Under the pieces are notes generated by a model that worked only from the letters and a program-made list of their open reading frames with translations, did no database searches and had not been told where the DNA came from. A stretch of 64,000 nt of DNA, from positions 82,500 through 146,499 of IMG/VR virus record IMGVR_UViG_3300019124_000038; one strand, given 5' to 3'. Made by a program: the position numbers and the translations under genes. This document shows, in pieces, positions 58,028 through 64,000 of this stretch (the first letter of the stretch is position 1; every line of letters begins with the position of its first letter). Source of the stretch: a virus.

Positions 58028-59017
58028 CTACTCACCCCTCAGTTCGCGCAGAGAGCGCAGATTAGAAGAACGTGCTACAGTCGAAGATTCGACCCTTGCC
58101 GACGCGCCAATCCAACGCATACCCTTCGGAGTGATAACGCGACCGTTAGATGCACGATCAATAAATTCGATCTGGTACAGGTACGGCTCGATGACGTTTT
58201 CGTAGGTGGGCTTGTCGATACCAACACCCGTACAGAGTGCCGCAACACCTTTCGGGCGGGACTGACGGGAAAGAAATTCCAGAACGCGATGGTCGTTCTC
58301 AGTAAGACCAAGTTCGTCAATCCCCATCATTGCAAACTGCTCTTGGACAGCTTCTTCCGTGACCTTCCCTCCGCAATAGACCACGGCGTACTCACGGCAA
58401 CGGTCAAAGTAAGAGATGCCGATACGAGCTACACCACGCGCACGGCGGGCAATATCCCGAAGTGCTTCAAGATCGTACTCGACTTCTTCCCGCGCCGCCA
58501 GCTTTTGCAGGATGATGACCAGATCATTTTCGTCGTAGTTCTGGAGTTCAAACACACGACCAAAGCGATCACGAAGCGGCTTAGAGAGCTGACCAGCCAA
58601 CGTTGTTGCGCCAATCAGTGTGAAGTGGGGAACCGAAACTCTTTCGAGTTGGCTATACTCGTTGACGATTTCAACTTCAAAGTCCTCCATGACAGGATAG
58701 AAGAGTTCTTCGATTGCGATAGGCATACGATGGATTTCGTCGATGAACACCACGTCGCCTTCGTCAACCTGTTCCAGCAAGGCGTACACATCGTCTGCCG
58801 ACTTCAGATTCGAACCCATAGCCGTATGAAAGTTAGTCCCGAGAGCGTTCGCAACGATCTGTGCCAGCGTCGTCTTGCCAAGACCAGCGTTACCACCAAA
58901 CGCGATATGCGGGAGAGCGCGACCCATGCGGAGGGAAGCGGCGATCATAACCTCCAATTGAGCCTTGATTCGTTCTTGACCAATGTAGTCATTGAAAGTA
59001 AGCGGACGATTCGCCAT
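58028..59017 (-). CDS. ruvB: Holliday junction branch-migration ATPase RuvB
   Basis: RPLTFNDYIGQ, GLGKTTLA, FIDEIHR, GATT, PLRDRFG, EPYL. Confidence 0.95.
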   Translation of the reverse strand: MANRPLTFNDYIGQERIKAQLEVMIAASLRMGRALPHIAFGGNAGLGKTTLAQIVANALGTNFHTAMGSNLKSADDVYALLEQVDEGDVVFIDEIHRMPIAIEELFYPVMEDFEVEIVNEYSQLERVSVPHFTLIGATTLAGQLSKPLRDRFGRVFELQNYDENDLVIILQKLAAREEVEYDLEALRDIARRARGVARIGISYFDRCREYAVVYCGGKVTEEAVQEQFAMMGIDELGLTENDHRVLEFLSRQSRPKGVAALCTGVGIDKPTYENVIEPYLYQIEFIDRASNGRVITPKGMRWIGASARVESSTVARSSNLRSLRELRGE

Positions 59018-59337
59018 TGACTAGACCCCCTTGAAGTTTCTCTCCGCCCTCTTTTTGAAAATATTTTCGATACTCTCAATAAGATCGAGCTTCCCGTCTT
59101 TGACACCTTTTTCGTAATCATCCAGATAGGATTGATCACCCTCGTTCAGTTTGCGCTCCTCTTCCAAGAGTTTCCGAAGCTCATCCATGACTGTCATCGA
59201 ACAACCTCCTAACTAATATTTGTCTCTTGTAAACTCAAGACACCCGATCACGGCTCCAATGATGAAGACGAACATAGCCGCACCACGGAGAAACTGAATA
59301 AACGGATTGTAGTCATCGAGCATATTAGCTTCTCTCC

Positions 59338-59541
59338 TCACACCTCAGATGCGATACGAAGCACCACAAAGGGACAACTGACCTCATCGGGGTCAAAAAC
59401 ACTAACCACCATGTCGTCTCGTTTTAGGCAGTACATTGTACCCCATTTGACAGTATCCTTGAAACGATACAAGGACAAGTTGCCGATTCTATTAAGCTCT
59501 ACCCAGTCTCGGGTGCATTCTTGAATATAGTTTTGATCCAT
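59338..59541 (-). CDS. Hypothetical protein
   Basis: SD AAGGAGG. Confidence 0.55.
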   Translation of the reverse strand: MDQNYIQECTRDWVELNRIGNLSLYRFKDTVKWGTMYCLKRDDMVVSVFDPDEVSCPFVVLRIASEV

Positions 59542-59571
59542 AACTATTCCTCCTTCCCGAAAGGGAGGGGG

Positions 59572-60825
59572 TTACACAGTAACCCCATCAGCAGGATTGG
59601 TCTTGCCTTCTTCGTCTTTATTGCGGCCAAGATGCTCATTCAGCATCTTCTCGTAGCAACCTCCGCAGACTTGATGCTCGTCGTCCACGCCGTTGTTCCA
59701 CGCTCCAGCTTTGTCGTCCTCGGTCAGTTCCTTGTCGCATTCGGAGCAATCAACTTTGCCATTGCTACCAGTAGCTCCTGCTGTTTCTTCCAATGTAAAG
59801 ATCGTGATTTCGTTCGTCTGCTCGTCCAGAATGCCCTCGATAACCCGCCCCGTACTCGTCTTCGTCGTAGTAGTCCCACAAGTCGAGTTGTTTCCCGTAC
59901 CGCATCTCGACCCCGTTCCCCCACGACCCCATGCGTTTCCCGTCGAAGAATAGGAGCTGGTAGTGTAGTTCGTGAGCGTTTCGATGCGCTTCTGCTCGGA
60001 GATCGCATCCAGTACATTATCTGCATTTGCATCGACCGTCAAGTAGTGGTGTGTTTTGACGGTGATATATCTCACGGTCAGCCCGATTTCGATACCAAAT
60101 GCTTTGAGTGCGCGAGAGAGGGACATGAACGCCTTCTTAATGTACTTCTCGACCGAGTTGAAGATGATGATACCAGCTTCTTCCCAGTAAGCCATGTCAA
60201 TCGGACGTTCATGACCTTTGAACAGGTGGAGCATGGTCGGCGTTTGCTTGTGAACGAATGCCAGAGCCGCGAACATTTTCAGACGTTCGTTTTTGTCGCC
60301 GTGACCCTGTTCCAGTACGCGCTTCACAATGTCGTAGGTGAAGTTCGTTTGGTCTTTCCCGTACAGATTCAGCATTTGGTAGATGACCTCGGAGTCAACT
60401 TCACCAATGCGTTTGAAGTCGTTCTCGTAGATTTTGAACAGTTCATCATCATTGCCCGTGCGGATGGAACCGTTATGAATACCGACGACGCAACCGATAT
60501 CGAACGGGTGGTTGTTGTCGTTGTTATCCGCCGTGCCTTTCGTAAGCTGGCGAGTGTGGGAGATGATGGTAGCCGTCTTACGACCGTCGATAGCGTCGAT
60601 GATTTGACGGTAAGTAGCGTCATTCGTAGTCATGTCCCACGCCGTTCCTTTTGCCTTGTGGAAGTCATAGGAGCCATCTCGACGGTGAACAGAGATGCCA
60701 GTCGCATGTTCACCGCGATCTTGGGTTTCGATCAGCAGTTCGTCGAACAGATGGCGGATAGCCCTCATCGTATTCGCATCACGTTTAACGCCCTTCAAGA
60801 AAGTCATGCCGTTGATTCCACACAT
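59572..60825 (-). CDS. Class II (Ntn) glutamine amidotransferase with C-terminal zinc ribbon
   Basis: MCGING, RG.HATG, HTR.LT, NNHPF, HNG, VDSE; CSEC..CGGC. Confidence 0.9.
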   Translation of the reverse strand: MCGINGMTFLKGVKRDANTMRAIRHLFDELLIETQDRGEHATGISVHRRDGSYDFHKAKGTAWDMTTNDATYRQIIDAIDGRKTATIISHTRQLTKGTADNNDNNHPFDIGCVVGIHNGSIRTGNDDELFKIYENDFKRIGEVDSEVIYQMLNLYGKDQTNFTYDIVKRVLEQGHGDKNERLKMFAALAFVHKQTPTMLHLFKGHERPIDMAYWEEAGIIIFNSVEKYIKKAFMSLSRALKAFGIEIGLTVRYITVKTHHYLTVDANADNVLDAISEQKRIETLTNYTTSSYSSTGNAWGRGGTGSRCGTGNNSTCGTTTTKTSTGRVIEGILDEQTNEITIFTLEETAGATGSNGKVDCSECDKELTEDDKAGAWNNGVDDEHQVCGGCYEKMLNEHLGRNKDEEGKTNPADGVTV

Positions 60826-60841
60826 AGTTTTCTACCTCCAG

Positions 60842-61102
60842 TTAGTTGATGAGTTCACAAACCCATTCTTCTTCGTAGACCAACGAACCAGATTCCTTGT
60901 AGAAGAAGTCGCTGTCGATGATCTCGGTTAGTTCCAAGACTCCTAAGCCTTGGATGCTTAAAATGGTTCCCTCTTGCAGATTCAATGCCATCACATCAAG
61001 CACGTTACTGATATCGTAATGCATCCCGTTGTGGGGGCAAAAGACTAGAATACGGTAGTAATCGTAGAATTGTTCCACGAGTTCACCCCCCCCTATTCCC
61101 AC
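60842..61102 (-). CDS. GLG-family paralog
   Basis: DISN..EGTILSIQGLGVLEL. Confidence 0.6.
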   Translation of the reverse strand: MGIGGGELVEQFYDYYRILVFCPHNGMHYDISNVLDVMALNLQEGTILSIQGLGVLELTEIIDSDFFYKESGSLVYEEEWVCELIN

Positions 61103-61127
61103 ATACTACCATTTCTACGGTATACTG

Positions 61128-61418
61128 TCAACCGCTGGTAGGAATATTAATCTCCCCATACCCAACCAGCTCCATTTCACCGTCTTGATGATTGCGTGTC
61201 TTACAGCAGAGCGGGCACATATAATATACGAACGAAGCCGTCTCTTCGCTGAGATCAGGAATTTGCGCTCTTGCAGTATCTTCATTGCCACCAAAGTTTC
61301 TTTGCACATACTGCCGAGTTTTTTCAGTCCAGCGATCAGCGGTCTCGATTCTCCCGCACCCTTCCGTAATGCCGTAGCGTCTATGTTGTACACAGCGAAC
61401 CATGAGCTTCCGTGCCAT
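61128..61418 (-). CDS. Cys-containing hypothetical protein
   Basis: C..C, CPLC; abuts upstream gene. Confidence 0.5.
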   Translation of the reverse strand: MARKLMVRCVQHRRYGITEGCGRIETADRWTEKTRQYVQRNFGGNEDTARAQIPDLSEETASFVYYMCPLCCKTRNHQDGEMELVGYGEINIPTSG

Positions 61419-62410
61419 TATCTCACCCCCTGTGCTTGCGCGATCTGAGCGTTGATGGCGGCGCAAACCATTGCAACATTAAAAGCGTTACGTTGGTAGC
61501 GGGCATTCTGTTCTTGAAGTTGTTGTTGCTTAGTCACTACGAAGCTAGTCAGGTCTTCTACACGCGCTCGGGAACGAGTGGGAATTGGCGGAATGCCAAG
61601 GCCAGAGAGGAAACGAGCAACCGTCTGTTCGGCATTGCCATCAGAGTAGATAAGAGCAAGGGCTTCTTCCAGTTCTGCTACGGTCATCTCTTTGACCTTA
61701 ACCACCATGTTGTGCGCGATCAAGGCGAAGATTTGTGCTTCGCGAACGTTGCGGCAAGAATGGAAGAGATTGAACGCGACATACCTGTTGTTCCCCACAG
61801 TAGCAAACGGGTTGCACCAGTAGACCCCAGTTTCCGTTCTCCATACCCAGTTGCTGTAATCGCTGATACGGAACGGAGAGTCGCGAAGGCTGTTCATGCG
61901 GCTAACAACAACGCTCAAGCCGTTATGTTCTTCGATCTGGATTGCCTTGAAGAAGTAGCGCGTGTATGGCGGCAGTTCCTTTGCGTTGCCAGCGTTCTTA
62001 CGATGACCGTTGACAAGAGCGAAAATAATTGGTTCGATTTGCTTGCAGAACCACCAGAGCTTTAACTTTTCGAATGCAGTATGATCATCGTCGATCTTGA
62101 CAAGAACCCGAGTGAATCCTTCTTGTTGATAGCTCCAGCCAAGTTCCTCCATATGGTTGAATGTGCTCTCCAGCAACGCCAGATCGGTGATAGCATCTGT
62201 GCGATATTCGATGCCGTCGCCATGATCGAAGTTGATAGCACGAACACCTCTTGCATGGGAGATGCGAACCTGTTGCTGTTCTTCGTCGCCATTGTAACTG
62301 CCTTGCATGTACAGCATCACAGGGCGGCTCAACGTAGTCCCAACTGCTTTGACTGCCTTACGATAAATCTTTCGGATTTCTCCGAGTCCCAAGGTATACT
62401 CTTGCGGCAA
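61418..62410 (-). CDS. Amidoligase paralog, apparently catalytically degenerate
   Basis: Aligns by eye with 41067-42005 but lacks the ExE, HxH and EFR motifs. Confidence 0.65.
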   Translation of the reverse strand: MPQEYTLGLGEIRKIYRKAVKAVGTTLSRPVMLYMQGSYNGDEEQQQVRISHARGVRAINFDHGDGIEYRTDAITDLALLESTFNHMEELGWSYQQEGFTRVLVKIDDDHTAFEKLKLWWFCKQIEPIIFALVNGHRKNAGNAKELPPYTRYFFKAIQIEEHNGLSVVVSRMNSLRDSPFRISDYSNWVWRTETGVYWCNPFATVGNNRYVAFNLFHSCRNVREAQIFALIAHNMVVKVKEMTVAELEEALALIYSDGNAEQTVARFLSGLGIPPIPTRSRARVEDLTSFVVTKQQQLQEQNARYQRNAFNVAMVCAAINAQIAQAQGVR

Positions 62411-62616
62411 CTGATTTCTCCTCCTCTTACTTGATTCTTCTTGCGTTGAACGGGGTGCCTACTTTACAGTTAGGAAATGCTCTTTGCACGATAGCCCGAG
62501 CTTCACGAGATGATTTTGCGGTCACTTTTGCCAATTCAACCTCGCCGTCTACCTTGACAGGAACGGTGTACGCTTTCAATCATTCTCCTCCTAGCGTCGA
62601 ATATTAGATCGGATGT

Positions 62617-62712
62617 TTAGTCCGTCTGATCGGGAGGAGAAAACTGCACTCGCACGAAAACAGCTCTCTCTAATCATGTTGGGCTACATGAACTCCCGAT
62701 CAGAGGGACTAA
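62617..62712 (-). ncRNA. Candidate structured RNA (three-way junction)
   Basis: 19/20-bp closing stem with two internal hairpins; G-U pairs favour the minus strand. Confidence 0.45.
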
Positions 62713-62829
62713 GCCCTCCTTCTTGCTGTATTATCCACGTTTTGAACCATCAGGATTGTGTCGGCTACCATTCGGCACATATCCACTACCGAGTGGTTTA
62801 TAAATCGGGTAGAGACCCTGTTTTTTCAT

Positions 62830-63741
62830 TTAGTCTTTCAGTCCTTCCAACACAGATTTCAGATCGGACAGCGTTGCCCAAGTCGGGAGATGCTTGAAGA
62901 AGTTGGAGATTTCTTCTTCTGCCGAGTTCTCCGCTACGTCTTTCATGGACGGCTCCTCTTCGAGCAGTTCGTATAGTGCGGTGTTCAGCTCATCCAGCGG
63001 CTCACTTGCTTTCGCAATTGCTTCGAGCACCTTGTCGATGCGCTCGCTCTTAGTCATTTAACAAACCTCCCGAGATTTTGTGATTGAATATCGAATGTTA
63101 GCCCCTCTGACAGCGATCTCACAGTGATCAAAAGTCCGTTTCCGAAGCACTCAACGATCTCAACCTTATTGCCGATTCGCACGTTATGCTCCTCGTATAC
63201 ACGCTCTATGGTTCGCTGTCCAATAGTCCAGACCTGACCATTTTCGATTCGCTTACGATGCTTCGTGAAATAGCCTTTTCGAACATAATGAGGAAGGAAT
63301 CTATTCGGCATCTTCCGTTACAGGAGCGACTACGCCAGCTTCGAGGAGTTCTTTGTCGCGCTCCTCTCGTCGCGCCTTTTGCTCTGTCGTTGTCAGAATG
63401 TAGCTTCCGCCGTTGAGCACGGTGTTGCAGATGTCTTGCGCGTCGTTCCAAGACGTATTCCCGAAGGCATACAGAAAAATTGCGAAGCCCGACTTCTTTT
63501 CTTCGTCGGTCAGGGAGTCGGCGAAGATTTGATCGACTGAGCGTTCCGAGGTATACCGCCCAACGATGAAGCGTTCCAACTTCTCGGGGTCAGTTTCAGG
63601 CTCCCATGACGCTTCATAGCTACCGATGGCATCGAGCCACTTTTGAGCAACGATCTTTTCATCCACCATATTGAGCTGAGATGTTGCCGAGTATTGAGAT
63701 TGTGCAAATTCATCATAAGAAGAACCGAGCATTTTCACCAC
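62830..63741 (-). other. Three hypothetical CDSs (62830-63057, 63054-63311, 63301-63741)
   Basis: Coupled ORFs after promoter TTGACG-17-TAATAT (~63791-63763). Confidence 0.6.
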
Positions 63742-63787
63742 TCCCTCTGTTATGATACAACCATATTACAACATCAGCAATCAGCCG

Positions 63788-63976
63788 TCAACTGATTTTT
63801 TTCAAGCAAGCATATGAGACGGTAAGCTCTCTGTTCCATCCGTCATCAAATTCAACATGTACTTCGCTAGGGTGGGTCTGGTCAAGCAATACAGTGCCCG
63901 TACCATGAGCGAGGTGATACACACGATCACCTCGCTTAAACATTGGTTTTTCCAAATTTTGACGCATCTTCCGCAT
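63788..63976 (-). CDS. Small Tudor/SH3-like protein (PcrA-CTD/CarD-like motif)
   Basis: FKRGDRVYHLAHGTGTV..VEFD. Confidence 0.55.
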   Translation of the reverse strand: MRKMRQNLEKPMFKRGDRVYHLAHGTGTVLLDQTHPSEVHVEFDDGWNRELTVSYACLKKIS

Positions 63977-64000
63977 TGCCGCTTGATCTTTAAACGGGTC

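Noticed and set aside
58013-60849. 335-aa and 442-aa + strand ORFs
   Set aside because: Antisense to ruvB and the GATase; no recognisable domains.
62617-62712. Hammerhead ribozyme or tRNA
   Set aside because: Lacks the CUGAUGA core (has CUGAUCG inside a stem) and has no cloverleaf or TTCG T-loop context.

Overview
A gene-dense segment of what is most likely a large phage or phage-plasmid of a spore-forming Bacillales host. Support for this: Gram-positive SD sequences, many consensus sigmaA promoters, NrdF, ERF, RusA, HNH endonucleases and dozens of short orphan ORFs. No capsid, terminase or integrase genes lie in the window, so phage status is inferred. Bases 1-29250 are on the + strand. They carry nucleotide/recombination genes; a self-contained radical SAM/SPASM operon with an unusual His/Tyr-x-Asp repeat protein; a glycosyltransferase cluster; a PRPP-synthetase-like/NAMPT-like NAD module; and a ParM actin plus minimal conjugation-type T4SS (VirB2/B6/B3/B4/D4-like), with a Replic_Relax-type relaxase nearby at 30798. 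Bases 29260-64000 are mostly on the - strand and look like early/host-takeover genes. They include NadR+PnuC, a TARG1/DarG-like macrodomain, phosphoglucomutase, HD hydrolases, MazG, endonuclease V, RuvB, two class II glutamine amidotransferases, three amidoligase-like paralogs and an expanded family of about 11 small paralogs. Best novel-system candidates: (1) the rSAM plus aromatic-x-Asp repeat protein operon (3293-6712); (2) the ParM/T4SS/relaxase module, which is preceded by a sporulation-sigma-like promoter. All family calls are from motif recognition, not database searches.
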